Source: Raillietiella orientalis | Lineage: Eukaryota | Direction: 5' to 3' | DNA: 64,000 nt | NCBI GenBank assembly: GCA_036172245.1 | Contig: JAYWIR010000012.1 | Coordinates: forward strand, 3,224,001-3,288,000 | Shown here: positions 1 through 13,299 of the stretch, one piece after another | Layout: each line of letters begins with the position of its first letter | How positions within the stretch are numbered: position 1 is the stretch's first letter | Made by a program: the position numbers and the translations under genes | Notes under the pieces: model-generated | The model's input: the letters and a program-made list of their open reading frames with translations, nothing else | The model's database searches: none | What the model was told of the DNA's origin: nothing

Positions 1-99
1 AGGCATCCCGGAAACAAGGATGATGACCGGTGTGCCGCACCCTCCTAAAATGTGAACCTCCCGTCTTTCCAGTGCCTTCTCTCCCGCTGCCCCCCTTCC

Positions 100-2900
100 G
101 GAATCAGGGGACGCTCTTTCCGTCCTCGCTCTTCTAGGGTTCCCTTAGGCAAGGCTTCGTTAGACGGTTAGCCATACCTCACGCCCTTCGGGTCGCAAGC
201 TGCATCCGGCGTCGGCCTCGGCGGCGATGCCCGCCTCCGGGGAGTGGAGGTCTGGTATGAGTTGCATCTTTCTCGTGCTTCCTGGCGACCCAAGGAAGGT
301 TCTGAGGCCCTCTCCAGATCACCCGGAGGAGGCAGGAGGTCGGCCTCTCTTGCGGATGGGAGGAGCTATCGGAGAACACAGAGGCTTCTTGTCCCTCACG
401 CGAGCTTCCCCAGCCTCGCGAAGTGGGAGGGTAGCGCACCTCTAGAAAGGAGCGTGCCGGGTCCTGGATCTGTGACGTCCCCAAGGTACACCTTTCCATC
501 CCCCTTCCGTCTTTTCAAATAATATCTTCCTCTGTACTTCCTTCCGGCCCGTCTGCGCAATCGGCCTCCTCCCGGAGCCGGGACCAGCCAGGCGCCACCG
601 CCGTCTCTCCCGCCGTCTGAAGGACTCGGTTCCCTTCCCCGGGAGCTTCCCGGAAAACCAGGCTAGATCCCGCGAGAGACGAACACGATTATGATGGAGT
701 GGTCCTCCCGCAGACGGCGAGCCTGCTAATCCAGACGGATCGGGATCGGGGGTCCGTTCCTCCGGGAGGTAGGGAAGGGAGACCACGACACTTGACTCAC
801 CCCGGAGATGAGTCGCTTGAGCATGAGGAGAAATGCGAAGCCGAGGAGGCCCCTTGCCTTTCCCCCTTCCCTGAAAAAAGTCTTTCTGATCCAGTATCAG
901 GGACAGCCCTCCCGAACCCTCTATCTTCCCGGCGACTGGGACCTTCCGGAACCTCTGCGCGGGCTCCTTACAGGCCAGCCCTTCCCCCTCCTCTCCGAAA
1001 CCGGAAGAGAAGGAGAGGAGGGTTACCGTTGGTCGGCTTCCTCCACCTCTACGAGAGGGTTCTTTCCTCCCGGGAAAGGCGTACTCCTCCGTGCTGGACG
1101 TCGGGAGAAGCCGCCATCGTCCTGCCACCGCGCTGTTTTCGAGGAACGGGATTGGCGCCGGCGGCCGCGGTCCCGACGTCTGTAACCGTTCCTTCCTTCC
1201 GCTCCCACGCTTTTCTCCCGGACAGATTCCTGCTCCTTTCGGGAGGGGAAAGGCGCCTCGCCGTTGCGGTTTCTTCCGGGACCCGGCTCGTCCTTCCTTC
1301 CCAAAGAGGAGAGGGGAGAGTCGGTATTCTTGACAGCCGCCACGTCGGTCCGTCGGTTGCCCCCTCCCCTCCTCCTTCCCCTCATCCCGCGCTTCCACTG
1401 GAGGAGGAGATTCTTCACTGCTCTTTACCGGAACCCCGCGAGCATTCCCAGAAGCTCCGGGAGCCGGAGGAGGCCGGGAACTCCTGTGCTTCCTCCGGCC
1501 GACAGGAGAACACGGGGAGTGCATAGGTCGAGGAACGCGGGTCTGACAGACGAGCGATCCCTTCCCGGAGAGGGACGCCCGTCTTCTTTTCCCTGAGGCA
1601 GTTCCATCGTTCCCCCTGAAGTCTGGTCGCGCACTCCCTCCCCTACGATGCGCCCTCCACTATCCCAGAGCCTCTTCCTTAGCGAACTTGAGGGATCGGG
1701 AATGAAAAATACAGGGGGTAGAGTGCCAGTACCAAGGACAGGGAGAGGTCAAGACAAAGTTATCTGACGCGCAGACCAGGAGGTTTCCCCGAGACTGCTC
1801 GAAGGCTGCCAATCGGTCTCTTCCGGGCTACTGGAGGGCAACGCTAGACAGAGAAAGGGAGAGGGAGAACGTTCTCTTTGAATCTCCAGAAGTCTGAGGA
1901 CTGCCGAGATTCTAGAAATACTCTCGCTGCCTTCAGGAACTCCGCACGAAGGCAGTCGAGGGCAGGGAGGACGGAGCACGTGGTCCTCTTCGCAGTGCCC
2001 TCCGAGGTGCGATTCCCTCACGAAGGTCGCCACGGGGAGAACGAAGGGAGAGACTTCCAGGATGGACGCTTAAAGCTGAAGGAGGCGGCGGTGCTCCTCC
2101 CTGGATGGCATTCGGAATTGTCGTCAGGACGATCTGGAGGACGCGGAGACTTCCCGGAAACCACTCACTCCCGAAGACCTCGGTTAGACGGAATGTCCCA
2201 TCCGATCCCTCTCCCCCTCCCCACCGAAATACCAGAGAATGCTTCGAGAGAATCCGCCGCTTGCTTTTTGGGGGAAAGAGGGAGATACAGAGTTGAGCGC
2301 CCGAGAACTTTTTCAGAAAAGCGCTCCGTCCCCAGCTCCCCTTGAAGACCGGGTCACCGGAGGCAGACGGTCCTTCTAGAGGGCCTCTGGGAAACCCGTC
2401 CGAGGTCACTACGTCTACGTCTCCCGCCTCTCTGCCGAGCTGGGGAAAATTCCCTCTTCCCTCGCACCCTCCACCGATCCGGAAGGTCCCTTTTCCGCCT
2501 CTATGATTATAGGGTTCCCGACTCTTCGCTGGAAGGAATCCTCTACTGCTGCTACTTCATCCTGTTGCGAAGAGAAGCAAAAGGGAGGAAGGCTTAGAGG
2601 ATTCGAGTCGCACAGCCACCGACCGGAAGAGGTCCTCCAGGAACGAGGAGGAAATGCGTGCAATGAGGTGGTTCCGATAGGCCCGCCCCTCTTTTCTCCT
2701 TCCCCTCCTCATCTTCTTTTCTCTCCTCCTCCCGTTTATTCCTGGCTCTCGCGACGCCCTGGCAACGCCTCAGGGAGGAAGCTGCTACCCCTGCCGCCAA
2801 AACAACGGCCTGAACTCCTCACTATCGGAGTCATTTCCTTTCTGACCCCACCACACACACTATCACCCCCATCTACCACCACCCTCTTCTTTCCGAAGTC
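100..2900 (-). mobile_element. decayed L1/Tx1-type LINE
   Basis: SDGFP, LCISLF..KRRILSK (RPISL..KILxK), WFPGSLRVLQIV, TSWSARQ (LSxxGR), MELPQGKEDG (LPxxxGG), in order. Confidence 0.45.
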
Positions 2901-4699
2901 GAGAACTCGGAGGATCAGGGACCCCTACTGGTACGATGAAGTTATCGCCAGGATCCTCTGGGTCTAGAAAAAAGGGAAGGGGAGAAAAAGCAAGAAAAAA
3001 AAATCCGATCCCGGATTCACAGGCGGCGGCTCGTTCCTGGCGACGGCTTCCATAAATCATCGCCGCCATTCGGGATGACGCGTCCGGGAGCTGGGTCCAG
3101 TCCGGATGCGGACCGTCGTCTCCAGGAAACGGGGAAAGATGAAGCTGTTTGTGAAAAGCGCGCGGAGGGAACGGAGGACGCTTCCCCCGCCTCCGCCTCT
3201 CCCCTTTCTCCTCCCCCTCCTCCTTTTGCATCGCGGAAGAGGAGCCTCCATCCCAGCGGAGGACGCGCGCACGCTTTCACTTTCGGTCTTCTCGCCTCAG
3301 GAGCGCCAAGGGAACGAGGCAGGGAAAAGAAACCCGTGAGGGAAGGGATGCCAGCTCTCCAGGAATCCCTTTTGACTGCAAGAAAAGGACCCGCCACCTC
3401 CGCAGGAAGCCAACTCCATTGCGGACCGGGACTCTGCTTCTCGGACGCCTTGCCGCCCTCTTCCCCGTGTCTCCCTTCGGTCCTCGCTCTCCCGCAAGGA
3501 GCGCAGAGATCCTTCTCACGGTGGTGACCTCCTGGAGGGACGGGGGAAGGAATGACCGTATCGACACGCGGCGAGGAGATGGTGGACGGGAAAAGGAAGA
3601 GGGAGCGGCGCGGCAGCAAGGGTCGTAGTGGGGAGGAAGAGGAGACGCTTCGCTGCAGGGGTCAGTGTCCGTGCCTCTGGAAGGGGAAGTTCGAAGTGGG
3701 AGACGTTTAGCTCCCTCCCCCATCTGGAGAACCATGGGGCACCATCGTCTCTCCCTCTAGTTCCCTCCCCACCCCAGAAGGCCCTGGAATCTCTTTCAAA
3801 GAAGAGGAGCAGTAGTCCAATGAGAGAGGAGGAGGAGGAGGAGGAGGGTGGGGGGGAAGCGGACGAGAGGAGTCCCAGCGGTGGACGGCACGGAAGAAGC
3901 TGGGCGGCGAGGTTCACAGAAACGCGGGAGCTGACCCCACCACTACCCCTCTCCTTACTTAGGGACCTGCTATGGGTAGATGAGGAGTCTCCATCTCCAA
4001 GGTCTCGTGGGGCGTCCGTTCGCTTCTTCCTGCTGCCATTCAATCGTCCCATCCAGCGGGAGCTCCTGCTTCCCTCCCGTAGGAGGCACCCAGGGTGCGG
4101 AAAGGAAGTGGAGCTGGAAGTCATCTCCTCTTCTTCGCCCCCGTTCCCTCTACCGTTGCCCCTCATCTTCTCGATTCTCGCCCTCCCCCTTCCCCGACCG
4201 CTCCTCCTCCGGAAGCTCTGCTAACAGGTTCGGGCGCGCCGGTTGGGAGCGTCGCTTCCTCCGGCCTTCCCGGTCGGGGCACTCAATTATTCAGGGCTCC
4301 TCGTCCCGTGCGTGAATCGACCGTCCTTCCCCTGGGCGGACACACCCCGACTCCCGGACCCATCTCCGCGCCTTCCCGTCGCGTGCGGAGCGCTCGGACC
4401 CCTCTGGAAAACTTTCCATCTGCAGCCCGGAGCCCGGGAACGCAGGGGCCCGTGACCGGGAAGCACGGAAGCGTCGTTCCCAGAGTTCTCCTCCTCCCCG
4501 TGCGCTCCACTCCTCCAGGAAGAGGGAATGCGCTATGCCGGCTACAGGAATTCCCCTCCCCCACCCCCTTTCCCCATCCAGAAAGCCCCCAGGCTTCGCC
4601 TCTGGAGCTTCCTTCCCTCGCCGTTCCTCTCGACGGGCGGCGAGAGGGGGAGGGAGCTGGAAGGCGAAAAGGGCTGCAAAAGCGAGCGACAGGGAGGTG

Positions 4700-6300
4700 C
4701 AACGGAGAGCTGCGCCTCCCCGAGCGAGCTGACGGTTCCCCGGGAGACGCGCGGCAGATTGCTCGATAAAGGGGGTGAGGGCACTAGGATCGGCGAGGGA
4801 GACGACCGGCTCTGCATCCCACGCCCCCTCGGGACGCCACCTCGAACTCGTCAGCCGACCAGAGAGGGTGGCGTCCGGTTCCCTGCATCCTTTGTTCCAG
4901 AGGAGGCATGCTTGGCGCTCCAGAGTGGTCACCCCTCGTGGCTCCGCGAGTAGGAGCATTCCAAGTAATCATTCCTGAAGTTCCTGCACGGTAAGGAGCA
5001 GAGGGAAGACGCACAGGACCTAAGGGGGAACCCGCTGCGGTCAGCAGGATCTGGCTCTGAGGCCGCAGGCGCTTCCCGGCGTTCCCTGCTTCTCCCGGGG
5101 GATGCGGAGCCCGCCCCTTTCCATCTTAATAGCTATTCCGTGGAAGTAGAGCAGCTGCTTTCCCGTAGGAAGGAAGAGAAACTTCCCTCTCTTTCTCCTG
5201 GACCATCCTTCTCCCGACTGAACAAGAACGGGGAGCAACAGGCTCATGAAATCCTTCGTGCCGGCTCTACGGCGATCTTGTGCTACCGTCGCTCGCGCGC
5301 GCACCGCCATCTTCTCGATGGCGCGGCGATAGCTGACCCCCCGCAACCTTCCCCCCCCCCACCTCGCATGCGTCCTTGATAGCTAATCACGTCCTTGATG
5401 CCTCGGAAGACCCCCGCCTGAATCGGGAGAGCTCGGGCATCGAACGTGCTTCCTGGTCCACATCCCAAGTCTCCTGCCGCCTCCGTCCCCTCCTTCACCC
5501 GTTGTCTCCACTGCCCCCTGACCCTTCGTCTCCCGACCGCGTAGTTTTCACGCACATGGAGCTCCAATCGTTTTACCGGCAGATGAGAAAAGTCCGTTGG
5601 ATCTTCTGCAAGAAGCAGGTAAGAACCTCGAGAGAAAAGGAGGGGAGGACAACCGACTGGGGGCTCTCTGCCTTCCCGCTTCAGCTCAGAAGCACTCTCA
5701 CTCAAGGGAAAAAGGAAGGAGAGGAGGCTTGCGCAAACTCCCCTCATCTGAAGAGTGCAATCCATCTCGGCAGGCTCCTGCAAAGGGCACGGAATTTCCA
5801 TGGAGAGCTGCCAGGGGTTGCTTCCCAGCAGGGTAAGGAGCAGCGGCGGTGTCAGCAGCCGGAGGGGCAGTCGGCACTCGACCTCGCAAGCGCAGCTGTG
5901 GAAGGAAGCGAGGCGGTCGTGAGGCTGCCCTGCCGCCCCGCGGGGATCCACGAATCCTTCAGCAGCAACGCTTCTTATGGATCTTCCTCCCCTCTTCCGC
6001 GAGGCGCCTTCTGCAGCGGTCGACGGGGCTCGTCGTTCGGGAGTCCTGCCTCGAGGATCTCCGGACAAAGACGAAGGGCAGACTGGTGAGAGCCGACCCT
6101 CCCCTTTTCCGACTAGGTTCCTTTCCCCCGCTTGCGTCTCGACGTCCTCCGCCGCCGTGCCCTGCAGAAAGGCTTGGTAACGAGGGCTGTGGAGATCTGC
6201 ATTCCCCCCTCATTTCGCGGTTTTCACGACCGAGGAACCTTTCCTCCTGGGAGGATTTTTCCTGCCTGGAATCTCGATGGTCCACGAGAGAGCTTCAGCC
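4700..6300 (-). mobile_element. decayed L1/Tx1-type LINE RT/thumb
   Basis: VGCPPLLF, LLAEDPTDF (YADD-like), AVRARATV, MERGGLRIP (GGLxxP). Confidence 0.45.
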
Positions 6301-6909
6301 TTCGCCGCCGCGCTCTAGGGGCGGCAAGAATGGTCAGGAGACAGAAAAAGGGAAACGAGGGAGTGAGTAAGAGCGCTTCCGCCCACCCCCCCGTTTTGCA
6401 TCCCTTCCTTCTCCCCCTCTTTTTCTTTCTTTTCTGGAGTCCGGACGAGGAAATGAGCGAAAAAGCAGGGAGTCGTCCGCTTTCCGGCCACTCATGGGAG
6501 CCACCGGTGCAAGCGCTTTCACTCGGTCGCTCCTGATTGGCAGATTAGCCAGCGTCGGCCAGATCCTTGGCAACGGAGCGTGGACCGGCAGAAGGGGTCC
6601 CGGATACATGCACGCGCAGACGGAGCCAAGCAAAAGGCGCACCCGTCTCACTGCGCACGCGCTCGGAAAGCTTCCCCGAGCCGAGATGTTGCTGGTAAGA
6701 AGCACAGTAGCTGAAGAGCACCCCCTTTGTCCGGTCTCTTCTCTTGTCGCCCACGTGAGCCTTCAAAAGGTGGAGCCTTCCTCCGCTCCGCAGCTCGGCG
6801 CTCTCCACTCGGCAGAGAGCTCACAGGATTGACTCGTCCTCTTTTTTCCACGGTCCCCACGAGAGGAGTGTCTGGGACCACGCGAGAGGAAGGGTCCCTG
6901 GAGGCCATT

Positions 6910-6945
6910 CTACACTTTGATCTTAGCCAAAAGGCCGAGAACGAT
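6910..6945 (-). pseudogene. U2: 3'-truncated U2 snRNA fragment (about nt 1-37)
   Basis: Minus strand reads ATCG-TTCTCGGCCTTTTGGCTAAGATCAAAGTGTAG, the U2 5' end with one deleted base, ending at the branch-point recognition sequence; no further U2 sequence follows. Confidence 0.88.
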
Positions 6946-7035
6946 CCCTTGCCGTCTTCGCTGACTTGGCAGACGGAAGGATGGAGAGCACCCTAGTCCC
7001 GTCTGTCAGAGCAGCGGCTATCCCCGCCGGGCTCG

Positions 7036-7106
7036 ATGGCCTCATCTTTTTTTAAAAAAGGCCAGTAGCGACCCCGCGAGGAGATCGTTACTATGGCCTC
7101 ATCTTT
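7036..7106 (-). mobile_element. 43-bp retro-insertion (hairpin + T6 + short A tail) with 14-bp TSD
   Basis: ATGGCCTCATCTTT at 7036-7049 and 7093-7106. The insert on the minus strand is AGTAACGATCTCCTCGCGGGGTCGCTACTGGCCTTTTTTAAAA. Confidence 0.6.
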
Positions 7107-7920
7107 GGGAGGAGTCTGCGACTCGCTTCTCCTTACTGTCTTCCTCAGTCCGAACCTTTCCGAAAGCGCGCTGCTCGCGGAGCAGGTTCGCGTCGTTGTC
7201 CCGCCGCCTTCCCTCTCCAGCAGTGAGTGGCTGCGGCGAGGGAGGTGAGGGATGGCGTTTTCGGGGGAACCGAAATTTTTGTTTCTTCCTCCCACGATCA
7301 AGAGGAAACCGAGTCGGGGAACGCGTGCTTTTCCCTCAAGCATCTTCCCTCTTTTCTCATACTCACGCCAAAGGTTCCCCCGTCTTCCGACAGATTAAGC
7401 ATCCCGTCTTTCCTCCCTCGTCCCCTCCCCCCCCAACCGCCATTTCCCCTCCCCTCGCGCCCTTCCTCCTCTCTTCCCTCTCCAGAAGATGATCGCGTGC
7501 AACAGTGCGAGAGCGCCAGCGAGTTCGCTCGCATGCGTTCGCAAGGCAGAGCGCTTTTCGTCTGCGGGCTTGGATGCCCCTCATCAGATCAAACTGCTGA
7601 TTGGGATGCTGCTGCTCCGGGATCAGCTCTCTCTCCCAGAAGAAGAAGAAGAAAAGGCTCCGAGTAGAGGAAGCGCTCGTTATCGTCGAATGCTTTGGGA
7701 AGGAAGGGAGGGTGGAAGAGCACGCGGTGGCAACTGTCAAGGAGTGAAGCGTAGGAGGTGAGGCCGTGCACGTGCACAGAAAAACCGTGCGCTTCCATCC
7801 ATCCATCCATCCACTACGCAATCAGCGAATTCGAAAATGCGATTCCATCGTGAAATCAATGGGAATCGTCAGCTTCGCGAGACCGTAACGGAAACGGGAA
7901 GACAAGAAGAAAAAAGAAAC

Positions 7921-7966
7921 GCGCACACACGCACACGCACACATACACACACACACATACACACAC
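7921..7966. repeat. imperfect (CA)n microsatellite
   Basis: Direct reading of the sequence. Confidence 0.9.
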
Positions 7967-10409
7967 TATAGGAAGGAAAGGGTATTTTTCACATTTTATT
8001 CAGATTTTCAATTCCAGTCGTGTACCCGTTTTAAAGCGTCCCCCATTCAGGGAAAATGGGATAAATCGTTTTTACCCTCCAGAAACCATTTATCGTCCTT
8101 CCTTGATGAAAGTTATTTTTTCCAATTTTTCCACTTAAAGTGAAACGCGCTGGAAATCGCATCCATTACGAACTGTGACCTTATCGGATTTTCTAATGAC
8201 TTCTGACGAAGTATATTGAACCCAACTTTATTAGTTCTCCTCGAAAAGGAAGGAGAGCAACCTCGAACGCGCATGAAGGGGGGCTAGGAAAAAAAAAAAA
8301 GGAATGCAACTTTCTTCCTGGATTCCGTGAGACGTTTTTGATGGGGCCTGCTCCCGAGAAGGGTTCGCTCGCTGCCTTCTCAGCCTCCTTTTTTTCGTGG
8401 AACCATTTTCACGGAGAACCAAATTACCTCCCCCCTTGGCGCGGAAAGATATGCAAATCCAGGCCTTCCTCCTCCCCCGTCTCCCCCTTTCTCTCTCTCT
8501 CTCTCTCCCCCCCCTCTCTTTTCTTTCCTTTTTTCCCCAATTTTTTGATGGTTTGTCATCCGGGAGCATTTCATAAATTCATCGATTTCGTGTTTCCAGC
8601 TGATTGGTCACGCAATTCCCAACAATAGAAACATTTCCCGTTCTAATAATAGCACACCTAGCCTACGACAAGATTGCCAGTGCAGTTACACAATTAACCG
8701 GGATGTATCATGCCCGAGCGAAGAAGTGATTGCTAAATTTCTTCGGGTTTCCCGATTTTCTCGACGTTCCTCGATGGGAAAACAGGTACGTAGATGAGGG
8801 GAAACTCTCCGTGTCCTTGCCACGGTGCTTCGTCGCTGCCCCCAGGAAAAAAAAAAATTTCCTTCCCGAAACATTTTCATTTGCGTCATTACCTGCCGCT
8901 GCGCTCTCTGGAGCTCGTGGCCCCAAACGTCCGCTGGCCGCCGCCTATCCCTTCCACGGTTCACTTTGTATCGTTCTTTGACTCACACTGGTTTCAAGCC
9001 AGCCAAAACGTACCATGTTGCCCAAACAAAGTGAAAATCCACTCAGGATGGAACGTGTCCGTAACTTCCTAAGCCACACAGGAGGGAAACGGACGAGTCC
9101 CTTGCAACTTCCGTTTTCAAGGAAAACGTTAGGGATCTTGTGGAACTTTTTTTCTTTTTTGGAAGCTTGTTGTGAACTCCGTTTCAAAGGATTCGTTCCC
9201 AGGATGGTTTTCAACGGAATCTGATAGATTCACTTGGCACTATTTATAATGCGACATGGAAAATGATGTATACATCATTCATGCGTAAAGAGTAATGTCA
9301 GCGTATTAATGTTCATCCCTTCTTTTGCTTCCCCCTTTGTTTTTGTTTTCCCTCTCCCCCCGTTTTTCAAACTCTCAATCGGAATTTCGCCTTCGCAATG
9401 GAAATCTATAAATCCTTGAAGTGACTCTTCTCAAGCATGGCCAGTGAGGAATCTATAGTAGAGTGCCTTTCTGAATGAGAATTTTTTTCGCCATGTCTAT
9501 TGAATGAAGGCCTTTCACATGGGTCCTTTCAATAAATTCTGTGCATGGAAGGCAAACATTCAGAAAAGAAATGTTTAACACACTCCGGGAGTATTTCAGG
9601 AAAAACTGTGTAACATGCTGCAGGAAAATGGACGTAATGAGAGGGGAGGAGTGGAGGGAGAAGAGCGATTTTAATTTGTCATCCTTCCTACACGCTTGTA
9701 ACCGTGCCTTGTGCGAAATCGATACCTGACTATTAATTACGTCCCTGGTAACTTGTTGCGTACCATGGTAGCGAGCGTGTGCGTGTGCGTGTGTGTGTGC
9801 TTGCGCGCGTGTGATCCTTCTATTAGTCCACCACGCGATGATAATTGCTGATCAGCGGAATAAGCGAGAAGTTTTAGGGCAAAATGAGCCATGTGCTGGT
9901 TTCAAGGAACTTTCTGGGAGCAAAAGTAACAGACCTCTGGCGAGAAAAAAATCCCTCGTAAATTTATAACGAGTTGCACCATGGAAACGTGTCGAGAAAG
10001 AAGCGTTCCTCCCGTCCAAAAATCCTGCGGCAGGAGTGGTACGGAGTACTCTTCGCTCGTCCACCAAAATGGTTGTAGCAGACGCGTTCGTGGGAAAACG
10101 CAGGGCATTGAGGCGGTGAAGCCGATTCTCAAGCATTTTCTCTCGAAAGCGGCGAAATTCTCCGGCTGTATTCTGCAAAAGAGGCGCGAAGTCAGTGTAC
10201 AGAGAAGGAAGCCTCCCGCCGTTCAAACGCCACGGGATCATGCTAACAACAGATTCTTGTAGGACCAACCGAATGTACAAGCAGGCATCTTCCCGTATTT
10301 CGTGAATTTCGTAATGTCTGGAAAGAACAGCAGTAAGCGCGAGATCGCAAAAGTTTGTATCTGTAGGGATAAATAAACACACACGCACACGCACATCCGT
10401 ACACGTGAC

Positions 10410-11150
10410 AGAATCAGAAACAAAAGTCTAAATACCCTGGAGTCATGGCTCAAAATCAAAGATGGTGGCCTACCCAGCGTCTCTATCCGAATCGATTTGA
10501 ATTCTGTGTTCTGGACCTCACTTGCATTCGTATTGCAAAGATTATCGGACGATAAGATCACAGGGCTTATAAGTGGATGCAAAGTAAGAAATATTTCTCT
10601 CTCGACGCCACTAGGAATAACTGATTCGGACAAACATACTTAAAAAAGATAATAACTGTTAATGGGTCAGTAAAGTGCGTCAAATTAAGAAAAACATCCA
10701 AATGAAGTTTTGTTTCCTTCTTTATTTTTCGCTTTTAGAGCAAAAAATAAAAAAATAAAAAAGGATGCACGTACTGTTAATTGGGTCTCGTGATTCTGGA
10801 CTTCAAACCTTACACATTTCTCAAGATATTCTGGTACAGCTTTTCCGCTCTGATTTGTGGCTTCTGAGTACTCTGCCTTGAAAATGTTTCCATCCGTTTT
10901 GACTTGCTTGGTAACTTTGACTAAGAAGAGTTCGTCATATGCTGAGCAAAAACTATTTGTTAAGTACATCGCCATCTGATCTGACCGTTGGAGATGTTCC
11001 AGAAAAAAAATTCTTGCCCATGAAACGATTGCGATCTTCAGCATTTCCGTTTTCCACATCAGCATTTCTTCTGCCAGTACCAGTAAAAGCACAACCTTCC
11101 TATTTAGTCTGTCCTACTTTCGGCAAAGGAAAGTTCGGTCATCCGGTAAA
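10410..11150 (-). mobile_element. decayed MULE/Mutator-type transposase with FLYWCH finger
   Basis: Across stops and frameshifts: MTELSFAESR..FHGQEFFFWNISNGQIRWRCT..CSA (FLYWCH-like), KLYQNILRN, then KYFLL..STYK and TIFDFE (MULE DFE motif); AT-rich island. Confidence 0.55.
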
Positions 11151-11399
11151 ATTATGGCTCAATAAGTTAGGAAGAGCTCTGGAAATAAATATAAATAGAC
11201 GGAAAGCAACGCTTCTAAGCACGGGAAGAGAAAGTACCGAGAAGAAAAGGAAAAATACATTGTGAAATTTACAAATCTGGTTCCTGAAAGAATTCGTGAA
11301 GAACACATGCACTCATCTGATTTCTTGGAAATTGCCTCCCGCATTCTCTTTGAGAAAGCCATCTGAGGTTAGCACTGATTCCGTGAAGGGTTTCCTCTA

Positions 11400-12230
11400 C
11401 GCGTGGGGAAACCTATCTCCGGAACAAGTGCCTGTGTCGCGAATGTGGGCTGCTTTATAAATGACCGAAGGAAAATTTATGTACGGCATGCTTGCAGTGG
11501 TGTAATTTTAATCCGAAACACATCCCCAGGATTCGAAGCGAATGTTAATTCTCATCAAGGTTTGAAGACCAAAATGGAATCGTTGCGCAGCAACAGATCT
11601 TAATTATCTCGCACTTCCCCGTGCGGGACTGCCACCCCGTGTTCGATCCTTTTACTCATATGCGAGAGATAACAGAATAATGCAAATGGGAGAGGTTCCT
11701 GCAGGAACGAATTTCGGCTCGTTGTGTGCTCTCCCGTGGATACGTGCACAATCGAGCGTATGCAGAAGGGAGCATACGCTGTGCTTCTGAAGTAGCGCGG
11801 CGAGAGAGATGAAGAACTGTCCGAACGGTCCTCAGGACAGCTTGGAATTTTTGTCTTCACGGCTCGCAGGGAGTTGAAGCCGATTTTTTTTCCCGAACTC
11901 GAGAAAGCGTTTAAGAGAATTTGGGGAGCAGACAGGCACGGTGACTGGGAGGGCTGTGAAGCAGGAATTTTCGGTTGAGAAGCATTCTTGAAAGATGAAT
12001 CTAGCTGACCGAATGCAATCAGCTGTGCAACCATAGCCATGGAATTAACTGGATGCTCAGACTGGTTCGGTCCCTCTCTTCTTGAAGGGAGTTTGTCTCT
12101 GCCCTCACGGGTATCTCTCTCCATTAAATTGAGCATGATTTTCCTTGCTTTAACGCAAGGAGAAGACTATCGTTGGGAAATCTGGGAGAAAACAGATCCT
12201 GATCCGCACGACACCGAGCTCAAAACCATG
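11400..12230 (+). mobile_element. decayed LINE thumb-region fragment
   Basis: PSLLEGSLSLPS..YRW resembles LPxxEGGLxLP..W; single motif only. Confidence 0.25.
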
Positions 12231-13299
12231 ATCCTTGCAAAAAAAGAAAAAAAATAAATTCACCTTCCGGAAATCTCTCGGAACGATGACGCTCTTAGTT
12301 CGCGCCTGCTGCGTTTTTGCTTAGCGTTTTGGTTAGGCCGCTTCGACAGTCAGGGGCACTTCAGGTTCAATTCGTCTGCTGAGGTACTCGTCTTTTGCTT
12401 TTTGCGTTTACGACTTGCGAAAGAGGACCCAGAGCACAGCTCAGAACCAAACGTCGAAGAGGTGGAGATAGGGAAGCAGTAGAGATTTTTTTGCGATCCT
12501 AGGTTCGCACGCCTGCGCCATCAGCGGTTCCCACGGAAGGAAATGGGACGGCTTCGCGATGAGGGTTGCACAGAGAAACTGCTGACGAAGATGATGCCGC
12601 GCAGAAGGAGAGAAACGAAACCTGCCGGGACGGCTGTTCGGGGGAGAAGGGAGAGAATCCAACCCTACCTGCGTTTGCGGAAGCGAAGACCTGCGCCTTC
12701 CCCACCTGGCGGGTTCGACCCCAACAGAAATGGCCAGGGAGTGGCTTTTCGCATGTTCTGAACTACCGTTAGCCTCACGTATGTGAGACATTCCTCGCCG
12801 TCTTGTGCCTGAGAAGGCACGCGAGCCTCATTACAAGAAATCGAGGACAAGAGATGTACGAAGGATTCTGGCTAACTAGGCTGAAATCAGATAACAGAGC
12901 ACTCATCACGCAGAGAATTCTTCTGGGAAGCAGAGAAAGAGCTTTCCAGAGGTTTTTCCCGAAAAGGACGGAAAACGGGACGCTCTCCCGTTTTGAAGGG
13001 AAGAATGGAAACGAGATCATCTTAATGCTCTTGCAGAGGGAACAAGGGAATTTTTCACGCCGCGGATGCCTTGGAATGTGTCCATGAATGCGCTCAAGTT
13101 GAATGTGAAACCGTCAAAAACGTGAAATCGTCCTCCCTTCTAGTGAAACCTCTAGCACTCCAGGAACCGGACTACAAGAAGCAGATTCGGTTTCAGTGGA
13201 ACGAGAGCGAAGGCACATGTAAAAGGCAGATGGATGTGGTCCAAAGGCGTGGCCAGTTTCGCGTTCACTCGGTACTCCTATGAGTGCGAAAGCGGCTGG

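Noticed and set aside
6910..6945. A functional U2 snRNA gene here or at 44308-44429
   Set aside because: Only the 5' portion is present; no Sm site, 3' stem-loops or recognisable snRNA promoter.
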